Positions 1 through 15,280 of a stretch of DNA of 64,000 bases are shown piece by piece. Position numbers and translations under genes: made by a program. The DNA lies in the NCBI GenBank assembly GCA_026770705.1, contig JANJGN010000038.1, forward strand, positions 11,160,001 through 11,224,000. Reading direction: 5' to 3'. Position 1 is the first letter of the stretch; each line of letters starts with the position of its first letter. This stretch comes from Isurus oxyrinchus (Eukaryota). The notes beneath the pieces were generated by a model that saw only the letters and a list, made by a program, of their open reading frames with translations, was not told the origin of the DNA and did not search any database.

Positions 1-1018
1 ATCCTGAGGGAATGCCTAAGAAGAAGGAGACAGTCTCTAGATGAATTTAAACCGAGACAGAACATCGTGCAGTGATTACTGATTCAGGTTCTAGATTAAT
101 CTGTACGTCTATTACAGAAACAGGGGTGAGATTGGCATTAACTAAAATAGAGTCTAGTGCACCAATAACTTAACAGACCCTAAGTATTATAAGCGGAGTA
201 GGGGCATTGTGCAGCAATTATAGATACAGTGCCTCGGTTACTATAAACGGAGATAGGTCCTATTACAGTGAATGCTGATACAGGACTTAGAATTAAACAA
301 CCTGAGACACAGTGATTACAGACACAGGGCCTAGATTTATATAAACTGAGACAGGGTTTGTTAGAGTAATTACTGATACAGGGCCTCGGTTAATATAAGC
401 TGAGACAGGGCCTATTCCATTGATTACTGATACAGGGCCGAGATTAATATAAATGGAGACAGGGCCTATTACATTGATTACTAATACAGGACCGAGATTA
501 ATTTAAGCTATGACTGGATCGATTACAGAGAGTACTGATGCAAGGTAAAGATTCATATAAACTGAGGCAGGGTCTATTACAGTGATTCCTGATACAGGGT
601 CTATATTCATATAAATTGAGACAGGGTCAATCACAATGCTTATTGATACAGGCTCTAAATAAATATTGGCTGTGGGCAGGGTTTATTACAGTAATTACCA
701 ATACAATGTCTGTATTAATATAAAAAGAGACGTGATCTATCACAGTGATTACTGATACAAGGTCTGTATTAATATAAACTGAGATAGAGTCCATTACACT
801 GATTTTTGATACAAGGTATGGATTGATATCAGCTGAGGCTGTGTGTATCACAGTGACTACTGATACAAGTTTTGGATTAACATAAACTGAGACAGGGTCT
901 ATTCCAATAATTACCAATACAATTCCTGTATTAATATAAACTGACACAGGGTCTATTACAGAGATAACTGATACAAGCTATGAATACATATCAACTGAGG
1001 CAGGGTCTATTACAGTAA

Positions 1019-1117
1019 AACAAAAACAGAATTACCTGGAAAAACTCAGCAGGTCTGGCAGCATCGGCGGAGAAGAAAAGAGTTGACGTTTCGAGTCTTC
1101 ATGACCCTTCGACAGAA
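1019..1117 (-). mobile_element. Short Penelope-like/hammerhead-motif element inserted in the satellite
   Basis: Non-satellite insert flanked by direct repeats ctattacagtaa (1007-1018 and 1118-1129). The minus strand reads AGTT-CTGTCGA-A-GGGTC-atgaa-GACTC-GAAAC-GTC-AACT. Near identical to 61988-62125. Confidence 0.8.
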
Positions 1118-4100
1118 CTATTACAGTAATTCTGACACAAAGAATGGATTCATACCAACTGAGAAACCATCTATTACAGTTGTCACTGATGCATTGTCTG
1201 GGTTAATATAAGCTGAGATGGGGTCTGTCACAGTTATTAATGATCAATGGTCTAGATTAATATGAACTTAGACAAGGTATATTATAGTGATTACTGACAA
1301 ATTATGTATTAATACAAACTGAGAAAGGGTCTATTACAATGATTACTGATACAAGTATGGATTCATATCAACTAATACAGGACCAATTACAGTGATTACT
1401 GGAACAGGGTCTGGATTAATATAAACAGAGACAAGATCTATTAAAGTGATTACTGATATATGGTATGGATTAGAATAACCTGACAGGGCCTGTTACAATG
1501 ATTTCTAATACCGGGTCTTGATTAATATAAACAGAGACAGGGTCTATTACAGTGATTACCAATACAAGATATGGATTGATATAAACTAAGTCAGGGTCAG
1601 CTTCAGTGATTACTGATGCAAGGTATGGATTAATAGCAAATGAGACAGGGTCTGTAACAGGGATTACTGTTACACTATATGGACTGATGTAAACTGAGAC
1701 AGGGTCTTTTACAGTGATTACTGAGACAATGTCTGCATTAATATAAACTGAGACAGGGACTATTACAGTGAAGTATGGATTAATTTCAACAGAGTCAGGG
1801 TCCATTACAGTGATTACTGATACAGGGTCTAGATGAATATAAACTGATACAGGGTCTCTTCCAGTGATTACTGATGCAAGGTATGGATTAATATAAAAAT
1901 CAGACAGGGTTTATTACAGCGATTATTGATGCACTGTATGAATTAAAAGAAACTGAGACAGAGTATATTATAGTAATTACCAATACAATGTCATTATTAA
2001 TATAAACTGAGACAGAGTCTATTACTGTAATTAATCATACAAGGTATGGATTAGTATCAACTGATTCAGGGCCCATTACAGTGATTACTGATATAGGGTC
2101 TAGATCAATATAAACTGAGGCAGGGATTATTACAGTGATTATCGGTGCAAGGTATGGATTAATATAAACGGAGTCATGGTATGTTACAGTGATTACTAAT
2201 ACAAGGAATGGATTCATATCAACTGAGACAAGGTCTATTACAGTGATCACTGATGCAATGTCTGGATTAACATAAATTTGGACAGGGTATATTCGGGTGA
2301 TTACTGATACATGGTATCAATTAAAATTAACTGAGACAGGGTCTGTTACTTACACTAATGATAAATGGTCTAGATTAATATAAACTGAGACAGGGTCTCT
2401 TCCAGTGATTACTGATTCAAGGTATGGATTAACGTAAACTGAGACAGTGCCTATTACAGTGATTACCAATACAAGGCTTGGATGGATATAAACATAGTCA
2501 GGGTCTACTTTAGTGATTACTGATACAAAGTATTGATGAATAGCAATTATGACAGGGTCTATTATGGTAATTACTGATACATGGTCTAGAGTAATATAAC
2601 TTGAAGCAGGGTTTATATCAGGGTCTATTACAGTGATCACTGATACAGAGTCCAGATTAATATAAATGGAGACTGGGTCAATCACAGTGATTATTGATAC
2701 AGGATCTACATTAATATAGACTTAGCACTGGGTCTATTACAGTAATTGCCAATACAATGTCTATGTTAATATAACCTGAAACATGGTCTATCACAGTGAT
2801 TACTGAAACAAGGTATGTACTAATATAAACTGAGACAGGGTCTGTTACAGTGATTACTGATACAAATGATAAATTAATATAAACTGAGACAGGGTCTATT
2901 ACAATGATTACAGATAAAAGGTATGGATTTGTACCAACTGAGATAGGGTTTATTACAGTGATTACTGATACAGTGTCTGGATTAGCATAAACTGAGACAA
3001 GGTCTTTTACTTTGATTACTAATACGTGGTACTGATTAAAATAACTTGAAAGAGCCTGTTACAATGACTACCAACACAGGGCCTAGATTAATATAATAGA
3101 CAATGTCTATTATAGTGTTTACCAATACAAGGCTTAGATTGATATAAATTCATTCAGAGTCTACTTCAGTGATTACTGATACAAGGTATTGATTAATATC
3201 AACTGAGACAGGGACTTTTATTGTGATTACTGAGACAAGGTCTGCATTAATATAAACCAAGGCATGGTCTATTACAGTGGTTACTGATACAAGGTGTTGA
3301 TTAACATCAACTGAGTCAGGGTCAATGCATGGTCAGTGATGACTGATACAGGGTCTAGATGAATATAAACTATGTCAAGGTCTATTGGAGTAATTACTGT
3401 TACAAGTAATGGATTAACATAAACTGAGACAGGGCGTATTACAATCATTCCTGATGAAGGGTATGGATTAATAAATTGATGAACAGAGTTTATTGCAGTA
3501 ATTAGTGATACAAGTAATGGCTTAATATCCACTGAGAAAGGGTGTATTACATTAATTACAAAAAAACTTTGCCTATATTACTATAGACTGAGAGAGGGTA
3601 TCTAACAGTTGTTATTGATACAATGTATAGATTAATATCAAGTGAGGCAGGGTCTATTACAGTGCTTATTAAACACAGTCTAGATTAGTGTAAATGGAGA
3701 CAGGGTTAATCACAATGATTATTGATACAGAATCTAGGTGAATACAGACTAAGGACATGGCCTATTGCAGTAATTACCAATATAATGCCTGTCTTAATTA
3801 GCAATTACTGATATAAAGTATGGATTAACATAAACTGAGACAAGGCCTATTACAATGATTACTCATATATGGTATGGATTAAAATAAACTCAGACAGGGT
3901 CTGTCACATTGATTTCTGATACAGGGTCTAGATTAATATAAACTAAGCCACGGTCTATTAGAGTAATTATCTATACAAGATCTGAATTAATATAAACTGA
4001 GACAAGGTATATTACTGTGATTACCAATAGAAGGCCTGTATTGATATAAGCTAAGGCAGGGTCAGCATCAGTGATTACTGATTCAAGGTTTTGATTAATA

Positions 4101-6744
4101 TCAACTGAGACAGGGCCTATTACAATGATTAGTGATACAGGATCAAGCTTAATATAAACTGAGAGAAGGCCTAAAACAGTGATTACTAATACAAGGTCTA
4201 GATTAATATAAATTGAAACAAGGTCTACTACAATGATTATTGATACAGGGTCTAGGTTAAAATAAACTGAGTCAGCATCTATTAGACTAATTACTAATTC
4301 ACAGTCGGTATCAATATAAACTGAGACAGGGTCTATTACAGTGATTACTGATACAGGGTCTAGATTAATATAAGTGGAGACACTGTCAATGAGAATGATT
4401 ATTGATATTGGATCTACATTAATATGGACTCTGGACAGCGTCTATTTCAGTGAGTAATGATACAAGTTATCGATTAATATAAACTGAGACAGGTTCAATT
4501 ACAGTAATTGCCAATGCAATGTCCGTATTGATATGAACTGAGACAGGATCTATTACACTGATTACTGATACAAGGCCTGCATTACCATAAATGGAGATAT
4601 AGTCTATTGCATTGGTTACTGATACAAGTTTTGGATTAATATAATCTGAGACAGGATCTATTACAGTGTTAACACTGATACAAGATATGGATTCATATCA
4701 ACTGAGATAGAGCCTATTACAGTGATTCCTGATACAAGGTCTGTATTAATATAAACTGAGAAAAGGCCTACTACAGTGATTACTGTTATATGGTATGAAT
4801 TAAAATAAACTGAGACAGGGTCTTTTACAATGCTTACCGATACAGAGTCTGGATTAATTAAAACAGAGGCAGGCTCTATTACAGTGGTTGCCAAGAGAAG
4901 GCTTTGATGGATCTAAACTGAGTCAGGGCCTACTTCAGTGATTACTGATACAAGGTATCGATTAATTTCAACTGAGACAGGGTCTGTTGCAATGATTAAT
5001 GTTGCAATGCATGGATTGATTTAAACCGAGACAGGGTCTTTTACAGTGATTAATGAGACAAGGTCAGTATTAATATAAACTGAGACAGGGCCTATTACAA
5101 TGATTACTGATACAGGGCCTGGAATAATGTAAACTGAGACATGGTCCATTACAGTGATACATGGTATGGATTAATAAAAAATGAGACAGGGTTTATCACA
5201 GTAATTACTGATACATGGCATGGAATAAAATAAACTGGGACAGTATCTGTTAAAGTTCTTACTGATACATGGTCTTGATTCAGGTAAATAGAGACCATGC
5301 CTCTTTCAGTGATTAATAATACAAGGTCTGGATTGATATAAATTGAGACAGGGTCTATTCCAGTCATTATCGAGATTAGGTCTGTGCTAATATAGATTTA
5401 GTCAGCATCTACTTCAGTGATTACTGATACAAGGTATTGATTAATATCAACTGAGACAGGGTCTGTTACAGTGGTTATTGGTAAAATATTTGGATTGATA
5501 TAAACTGAGATAGGGTCTTTTACTGTCATTAATGATACAAGGCCCGTATTAATATAAAATGAGACATGGTCCATTACAGTGATTACTGATACAAGGTGTG
5601 GATTAAAATAAAGTGAGACAAGGTCTGTTAGATTTATTATTGATACATGGTATGGATTATAAGAAACTGAGACAGAGTCTATTGCAGTCATTACCAATAA
5701 AAGACCTGGATTGATATAAACTGAGATAGGGACTATTCCAGCCATTACCAAGACAAGGTCTGTATTAATATTAACTGAGTCGGGGTCTACTTCAGTGATC
5801 ACTGATTCAAGGTATTAAGTAATAACAACACAGATAGGGTCTGTTACAGTGCAACAATGTATGGATTGAAACAAACTGAGTCAGTGTCTTTTACACTGAT
5901 TACTGAGACAAGGTCTGTGTTAATGTAAAGTGAGACAAGGTTTGCTGATACAAGGTATGGATTAATTTCAACTGAGGCAGGGCCTATTACAGTGATCATT
6001 GATACAGGGTATCAATTTACATAAACTGAGACAAGGTTTATTACAGTGACTACTGATACAAGTTATGGATTCATATCAACTGAGGCAGGGTCTATTGCAG
6101 TGATTGCTAATGCAGGGTATGAGGATAATATATACTGAGACAGAGTATATTCCAATGATTACTGATACATGGTATGAATTAAGATTAGCAGAGACATGAT
6201 CTATTACAGTGATTACCAACACAAGGCCTGTATTGATGTAAACTGACCCATGGTCTACTTCAGTGGTCACTGATACAATGCATTGATTAATATCAACAGA
6301 GACAGGGTCTGTTATAGTGATTACTGTTACAATGTATGGATTGAAATAAACTTAAAGAGCATCTTACACAGTGACTAATGATAAAATGCCTGTATTAATA
6401 TAAATGGAGATAGGGTCTCTTTTAGTGGTTAGTGATACAAGGCATGGATTAAAATCAACTGAGGCTGGGTCAGTAGTTACTAATATAGGACCTAGATTAA
6501 TATAAAATGAGGGAAGGCCTATTTCAATGATTACTGTTACAATGTATGGATTACTATAGATGTACAAAGGGTCTATTTCAGTGATTACTATACATGGCCT
6601 GTATTAGTATATACTGAGGCAGGGTCTCTTTCAGTGTTTACTGATACAAGGTATGGATTAATATCAATTGAGGCAGGGTCCATTACAGTGATTACTGATA
6701 CAAGGCGTGGGTTTATATAATATGAGACAGAGTCTATTACAATG

Positions 6745-6968
6745 AAAAAATTCAGCAGGTCTGGCAGCTTCGGCGGAGAAGAAAAGAGTTGACACTTCGA
6801 GTCCTCATGACCATTCAACAGAACTGAGTGAATCCTAGGATCATCTTTCCATGAGGACTTGAAACATCAATGTTTTTCTTCTCCGCCGATGCTGCCAGAC
6901 CTGCTGAGTTTTTCCAGGTAATTCTGTTTTTGTTTTGGATTTCCAGCATCCGCAGTTTTTTGTTTTTA
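6745..6968. mobile_element. Inverted-repeat (hairpin) copy of the same Penelope-like element
   Basis: Arm cagcaggtctggcagcttcggcggagaagaaaa plus its reverse complement; flanked by tctattacaatg (6733-6744) and tctattacagtg (6969-6980); degraded hammerhead core on the minus strand at 6787-6825. Confidence 0.8.
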
Positions 6969-8340
6969 TCTATTACAGTGCTTACTGATACAAGGTCTGG
7001 GCTGGTCTAAATTGAGACAGGGTGTATTACTGCGACTACTGATACAGGGTCTGAATTAATATAATCTGATACTGGGTGTAGTACAGTAATTTCTGATGCA
7101 GGGCCCAGGTTACTATACACTGCGACAGGGTCCATTACATTGAACATTGATACAAGGTCTGTGTTAATATAAGGTGAGGCAGAATCTCTTTCAGTGATTG
7201 CTGATACAATGTATGGATTAATATCAAGTGAGCCAATGTCTCTTTTAGTGGTTACTGATGCAACATATGGATTAATATCAACTGATGCAGGGTCTATTAC
7301 AGTGGTTACTGATACAGGGTCTAGATTAATATAAACTGAGACAGATTCTGTTACAGTGTTAATGATGCAAGGTCTGGACTGGTGTAAACTGAGACAGCAT
7401 GTTTCATAGTGAATACTGTCACAGGGTCTGTATTGATATAATCTGAAACTCAGTACAGGACAATGATCACTGATACAGATTCTGGATTAATATAAACTGA
7501 GACTGGGTCTAGTACTGTGATTACTGATACATGGTATGGATTAAGATAAACTGGAAAGGGTCAATTAATGTGGTTAACGACATAAGGCCTGCACTGATAT
7601 AAACTGAGAATGGGTCAATTACATTAATTAATGATACAGGGCCTAGATTAATATAAATTGAGACAGGCTCGGTTACAGTGATTACTGATAAATGGTCTCA
7701 ATTAATTTAAGCTTATACAGAGTCTATTACAATGATTACTGATACAGGTTGCAGGTTAATATTAGCTGAGACAAGGCCTATTATAGTGATTACCAGTACA
7801 ATACCTGCATTAATATAAACAATGCCACTGTCTATTCAAGTGAATACTGATACAAGGCTTGGATTAATATAAACGGAGACAGTGTGTTCTACTGTGAATA
7901 CTGATACAGGTTATGGGTTAATATATACTGAGACAGGCTTTATTACAGCATTCACCAATACAATATCGGTGAATATATAAACTGAGAAAGGGTATTTTAC
8001 AGTGATTATTGATTCAAGGCATGGATTAATATAAACTGAGACTGGGTCTATTATAGTGATTACTGATACATGGTATTGATTAACATAAACTGAGACAGGG
8101 TCTATTACAGTGATAACAAATACATGGTCTGGGCTGATACTAACTGAGACAGGGTCTATTCCAATGATAAACAAGACAAGGTCTATATTGATATAAAGTG
8201 TGTCAAAGTTTTTACAGGGATTACTGATACAAGTTATTGATTACTATCAACTGAGGCAGGGTCTCTTATGGTGATTACTAATACAAGGTTTGTATTAATA
8301 AAAACTGAGATAGGGTCTCTTTCAGTGCTTACTGACACAG

Positions 8341-11300
8341 AACATGGATTAATATAAACTGAGACGGTGTGTATTACAGTGAATACTGAAACAGGCTATG
8401 GGTTAATATAAACTGAGACAGTGTGTATTACAGTGAATTCTGAAACAAGTTATGGATTATTATAAACTGAGACAGTGTCTATTACAGTGAATACTGAAAC
8501 AGGTTATGGGTTATTATAAACTGAGACAGAATGTATTACAGTGAATACTGAAACAGGTTATGGGTTATTATAAACTGAGAGTGTGTATTAAAGTGAATAC
8601 TGAAACAGGTTATGGGTTTATATAAACTGAGACAGTGTGTATTACAGTGAATACTGAAGCAGGTTATGGGTTATTATAAATGGAAACAGTGTGTATTACA
8701 GTGAAAACTGAAACAGGTTATGGGTTATTATAAACTGAGATAGTGTGTATTACAGTGAATACTGAAACAGGTTATGGGTTAATATAAACTGAGACAGTGT
8801 GTATTACAGTGAATATTGAAACAGGTTATGCGTTATTATAAACAGACAGTGTGTATTACAGTGAATACTGAAACAGGTTATGGGTTATTATAAACTGAGG
8901 CACTGTGTATTACAGTGAATACTGAAACAGGTTATGGGTTATTATAAACTGAGACAGTGTGTATTACAGTGAATACTGAAACCGGTTATGGGTTATTATA
9001 AACTGAGACAGTGTGTATTACAGTGTATACTGAAACAGGTTCTGGGTTATTATAAATTGCGACAGTGTCTATTACAGTGAATATTGAAACAGGTTATGGG
9101 TTTATATAAACTGAGACAGTGTGTATTACAGTGAATACTGAAACAGGTTATGGGTTATTATAAACTGAGACAGTGTGTATTACAGTGAATACTGAAACAG
9201 CTTATGGGATATTATAAACTGAGATAGTGTGTATTACAGTGAATACTGAAACAGGTTATGGGTTATGATAAACTGAGACAGTGTGTATTACAGTGATTAC
9301 TGAAACAGGTTATGGGTTAATATAAAGGGAGACAATGTGTATTACAGTGAATACTGAAACAGGTTATGGATTATTATAAACAGAGACAGTGTGTATTACA
9401 ATGAATATTGAACCAGGTTCTGGGTTATTATAAACTGAGATAGTGTCTATTACAGTGAATACTGAAACAGGTTATGGGGTATTATAAACTGAGACAGTGT
9501 GTATTACAGTGAATACTGAAACAGGTTATGGGTTATTATAAACTGAGACAGTGTGTATTACAGTGAATACTGAAACAGGTTATGGGTTAATATAAACTGA
9601 GACAGTGTGTATTACAGTGAATACTGAAACACGTTATGGATTATCATAAACTGAGACAGTGTCTATTACAGTGAATACTGTAACAGGTTATGGATTATTA
9701 TAAACTGAGACAGTGTGTGTATTACAGTGAATACTGAAACAGGTTATGGGTTATTATAAACTGAGATAGTGTGTATTACAGTGAATACTGAAACAGGTTA
9801 TGGGTTATTATAAACTGAGACAGTGTGTATTACAGTGAATACTGAAACAGGTTATGGGTTATTATAAACTGAGACAGTGTGTATTACAGTGAATACTGAA
9901 ACAGGTTATGGGTTAATATAAACTGAGACAGTGTGTATTACAGTGAATACTGAAACACGTTATGGATTATCATAAACTGAGACAGTGTCTATTACAGTGA
10001 ATACTGTAACAGGTTAAGGATTATTATAAACTGAGACAGTGTGTGTATTACAGTGAATACTGAAACAGGTTATGGGTTATTATAAACTGAGATAGTGTGT
10101 ATTACAGTGAATACTGAAACAGGTTATGGGTTATTATAAACTGAGACAGTGTGTATTACAGTGAATACTGAAACAGGTTATGGGTTAATTTAAAGTGAGA
10201 CAGTGTGTATTACAGTGAATACTGGAACAGGTTATGGGGTATTATAAAGTGAGACAGTGTGTATTACTGTGAATACTGAAACAGTTTATGGGTTATTATA
10301 AACTGAGACAGTGGGTATTACAGTGAATACTGAAACAGGTTATGGGTTATTATAAACTGAGACAGTGTGTATTACAGTGAATACTGAAACAGGTTATGGG
10401 TTATTATAAACTGAGACAGTGGGTATTACAGTGAATACTGAAACAGGTTATGGGTTATTATAAACTGAGACAGTGTGTATTACAGTGAATACTGAAACAG
10501 GTTATGGGTTATTATAAACTGAGACAGTGTCTATTACAGTGAATACTGTAACAGGTTATGGATTATTATAAACTGAGACAGTGTGCATTACAGTGAATGC
10601 TGAAACAGGTTATGGGTTATTTTAAACTGAGACAGTGTGTATTACAGTGAATACTGAAACAGGTTATGGGTTAATATAAACTGAGACAGTGTGTATTACA
10701 GTGAATACTGAAACAGGTTATGGGTTATTATAAACTGAGACAGTGTGTATTACAGTGAATACTGAAACAGGTTATGGGTTATTATAAACTGAGACAGTGT
10801 ATATTACAGTGAATATTGAAACAGGTTATGGGTTTATATAAACTGAGACAGTGTGTGTTACAGTGAATACTGAAACAGGTTATGGGTTATTGTAAACTGA
10901 GACAGTGTGTATTACAGTGAATACTGAAACAGGTTATGGGGTATTATAAACTGAGACAGTGTCTATTACAGTGAATACTGTAACAGGTTATGGATTATTA
11001 TAAACTGAGACAGTGTGCATTACAGTGAATGCTGAAACAGGTTATGGGTTATTTTAAACTGAGACAGTGTGTATTACAGTGAATACTGAAACAGGTTATG
11101 GGTTAATATAAACTGAGACAGTGTGTATTACAGTGAATACTGAAACAGGTTTTGGGTTATTATAAACTGAGACAGTGTGTATTACAGTGAATACTGAAAC
11201 AGGTTATGGGTTATTATAAACTGAGACAGTGTGTATTACAGTGAATACTGAAACAGGTTATGGGTTATTATAAACTGAGACAGTGTGTATTACAGTGAAT

Positions 11301-14300
11301 ACTAAAGCAGGTTATGTGTTATTTTAAACTGAGACAGTGTGTATTACAGTGAATACTGAAACAGGTTATGGGTTATTATAAACTGAGACAGTGTGTATTA
11401 CAGCGAATACTGAAACACGTTATGGATTATTATAAACTGAGACAGTGTCTATTACAGTGAATACTGTAACAGGTTATGGATTATTATAAACTGAGACAGT
11501 GTGTATTAAACTGAATACTGAAAAAGGTTATGGGTTATTATAAACTGAGATAGTGTGTATTACAGTGAATAATGAAACAGGTTATGGGTTATTATAAACT
11601 GAGACAGTGTGTATTACAGTGAATACTGAAACAGGTTATGGGTTATTATAAACTGAGACAGTGTGTATTACAGTGAATACTGAAACAGGTTCTGGGTTAA
11701 TATAAACTGAGACAGTGTGTATTACAGAGAATACTGAAACAGGTTATGGGTTATTATAAACTGAGACAGTGTGTATTACAGTGAATACTGAAACAGGTTT
11801 TGGGATATTATAAACTGAGACAGTGTGTATTACAGTGAATACTGAAACATGTTATGGGTTATTATAAACTGAGACAGTGTGTATTACAGTGAATACTGAA
11901 ACAGGTTATGGGTTATTATACACTGAGACAGTGTGTATTACAGTGAATACTGAAACAGTTTATGGGTTATTATAAACTGAGACAGTGTGTATTACAGTGA
12001 ATGCTGAAACAGGTTATGGGTTATTATAAACTGAGACAGTGTGTATTACAGTGAATACTGAAACAGGTTATGGGTTAATATAAACTGAGACAGTGTGTAT
12101 TACAGTGAATACTGAAACAGGTTATGGGTTATTATAAACTGAGACAGTGTGTATTACAGTGTATACTGAAACAGGTTCTGGGTCATTATAAATTGCGACA
12201 GTGTCTATTACAGTGAATATTGAAACAGGTTATGGGTTTATATAAACTGAGACAGTGTGTATTACAGTGAATACTGAAACAGGTTATGGGTTATTATGAA
12301 CTGAGACAGTGTGTATTACAGTGAATACTGAAACAGCTTATGGGATATTATAAACTGAGATAGTGTGTATTACAGTGAATACTGAAACAGGTTATGGGTT
12401 ATGATAAACTGAGACAGTGTGTATTACAGTGATTACTGAAACAGGTTATGGGTTAATATAAACGGAGACAATGTGTATTACAGTGAATACTGAAACAGGT
12501 TATGGATTATTATAAACAGAGACAGTGTGTATTACAATGAATACTGAACCAGGTTCTGGGTTATTATAAACTGAGATAGTGTCTATTACAGTGAATACTG
12601 AAACAGGTTATGGGGTATTATAAACTGAGACAGTGTGTATTACAGTGAATACTGAAACAGGTTATGGGTTATTATAAACTGAGACAGTGTGTATTACAGT
12701 GAATACTGAAACAGGTTATGGGTTATTATAAACTGAGAAAGTGTGTATTACAGTGAATACTGAAACACGTTATGGATTATCATAAACTGAGACAGTGTCT
12801 ATTACAGTGAATACTGTAACAGGTTATGGATTATTATAAACTGAGACAGTGTGTGTATTACAGTGAATACTGAAACAGGTTATGGGTTATTATAAACTGA
12901 GATAGTGTGTATTACAGTGAATACTGAAACAGGTTATGGGTTATTATAAACTGAGACAGTGTGTATTACAGTGAATACTGAAACAGGTTATGGGTTAATT
13001 TAAAGTGAGACAGTGTGTATTACAGTGAATACTGGAACAGGTTATGGGTTACTATAAACTGAAACAGTGTCAATTACAGTGAATACTGTAACAGGTTATG
13101 GATTATTATAAACTGAGACAGTGTGCATTACAGTGAATGCTGAAACAGGTTATGGGTTATTTTAAACTGAGACAGTGTGTATTACAGTGAATACTGAAAC
13201 AGGTTATGGGTTAATATAAACTGAGACAGTGTGTATTACAGTGAATACTGAAACAGGTTATGGGTTATTATAAACTGAGACAGTGTGTATTACAGTGAAT
13301 ACTGAAACAGGTTATGGGTTATTATAAACTGAGACAGTGTATATTACAGTGAATATTGAAACAGGTTATGTGTTTATATAAAATGAGACAGTGTGTGTTA
13401 CAGTGAATACTGAAACAGGTTATGGGTTATTGTAAACTGAGACAGTGTGTATTACAGTGAATACTGAAACAGGTTATGAGGTATTATAAACTGAGACAGT
13501 GTGTATTACAGTGAATACTGAAACAGGTTATGGTTATTATAAAGTGAGACAGTGTGAATTACACTGAGTACTGAAACAGGTTCTGGGTTATTATAAACTG
13601 AGACAGCATGTATTACAGTGAATACTGAAACAGGTTATGGGTTAATATAAACTGAGACAATGTGTATTACAGTGAATACTGAAACAGGTTATGGGTTATT
13701 ATAAACTGAGACAGTGTGTATTACAGTGAATACTGAAGCAGGTTTTGGGTTATTATAAACTGAGACAGTGTGTATTACAGTGAATACTGAAACAGGTTTT
13801 GGGTTATTATAAACTGAGACAGTGTGTATTACAGTGAATACTGAAACAGGTTATGGGTTATTATAAACTGAGACAGTGTGTATTACAGTGAATACTGAAA
13901 CAGTTTATGGGTTATTATAAACTGAGACAGTGTGTATTACAGTGAATACTAAAGCAGGTTATGTGTTATTTTAAACTGAGACAGTGTGTATTACAGTGAA
14001 TACTGAAACAGGTTATGGGTTATTATAAACTGAGACAGTGTGTATTACAGTGAATACTGAAACACGTTATGGATTATTATAAACTGAGACAGTGTCTAGT
14101 ACAGTGAATACTGTAACAGGTTATGGATTATTATAAACTGAGACAGTGTGTATTAAAGTGAATACTGAAAAAGGTTATGGGTTATTATAAACTGAGATAG
14201 TGTGTATTACAGTGAATAATGAAACAGGTTATGGGTTATTATAAACTGAGACAGTGTGTATTACAGTGAATACTGAAACAGGTTATGGGTTATTATAAAC

Positions 14301-15280
14301 TGAGACAGTGTGTATTACAGTGAATACTGAAACAGGTTCTGGGTTATTATAAACTGAGACAGTGTGTATTACAGAGAATACTGAAACAGGTTATGGGTTA
14401 TTATAAACTGAGACAGTGTGTATTACAGTGAATACTGAAACAGGTTATGGGATATTATAAACTGAGACAGTGTGTATTACAGTGAATACTGAAACATGTT
14501 ATGGGTTATTATAAACTGAGACAGTGTGTATTACAGTGAATACTGAAACAGGTTATGGGTTATTATACTCTGAGACAGTGTGTATTACAGTGAATACTGA
14601 AACAGTTTATGGGTTATTATAAACTGAGACAGTGTGTATTACTGTGAATACTGAAACAGGTTCTGGGTTAATATAAACTGAGACAGTGTGTATTACAGAG
14701 AATACTGAAACAGGTTATGGGTTATTATAAACTGAGACAGTGTGTATTACAGTGAATACTGAAACAGGTTATGGGATATTATAAACTGAGACAGTGTGTA
14801 TTACAGTGAATACTGAAACAGGTTATGTGTTATTATAAACTGAGACAGTGTGTATTACAGTGAATACTGAAACAGGTTCTGGGTTAATATAAACTGAGAC
14901 AGTGTGTATTACAGAGAATACTGAAACAGGTTATGGGTTATTATAAACTGAGACAGTGTGTATTACAGTGAATACTGAAACAGGTTATGGGATATTATAA
15001 ACTGAGACAGTGTGTATTACAGTGAATACTGAAACAGGTTATGGGTGTATATAAACTGAGACAGTGTGTATTACAGTGAATACTGAAACAGGTTATGGGT
15101 TATTATAAACTGAGACAGTGTGTATTACAGTGAATACTGAAACACGTTATGGGTTATTATAAACTGAGACAATGTATATTACAGTGAATACTGAAACAGG
15201 TTATGGGTTAATATAAACGGAGACAGTGTGTATTACAGTGAATACTGAAACAGGTTATGGTTTAATATAAACTGAGACAG
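8341..15280. repeat. Homogeneous 54-bp satellite core (~128 units)
   Basis: Near-identical units actgagacagtgtgtattacagtgaat-actgaaacaggttatgggttattataa; period measured directly (actgaa at 9841 and 9895). Confidence 0.98.

Larger units (their letters stand above)
40..8340. repeat. Diverged 54-bp (2x27) satellite array, left flank
   Basis: Recurrent consensus actgagacagggtctattacagtgatt-actgatacaaggtatggattaatataa with many substitutions between copies; interrupted by two short inserted elements at 1019 and 6745. Confidence 0.93.

Noticed and set aside
627-8174. Minus-strand ORFs with DPVSVYINP-type peptide repeats
   Set aside because: These are translations of the 54-bp satellite (18 codons per unit). 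They are broken by frequent stops, the core unit has an in-frame stop, and there is no gene structure.
8341-15280. CRISPR-like array or Ig switch region
   Set aside because: There are no unique spacers and the DNA is eukaryotic. It is not AGCT/G-rich and lies upstream of V rather than in the J-C intron.
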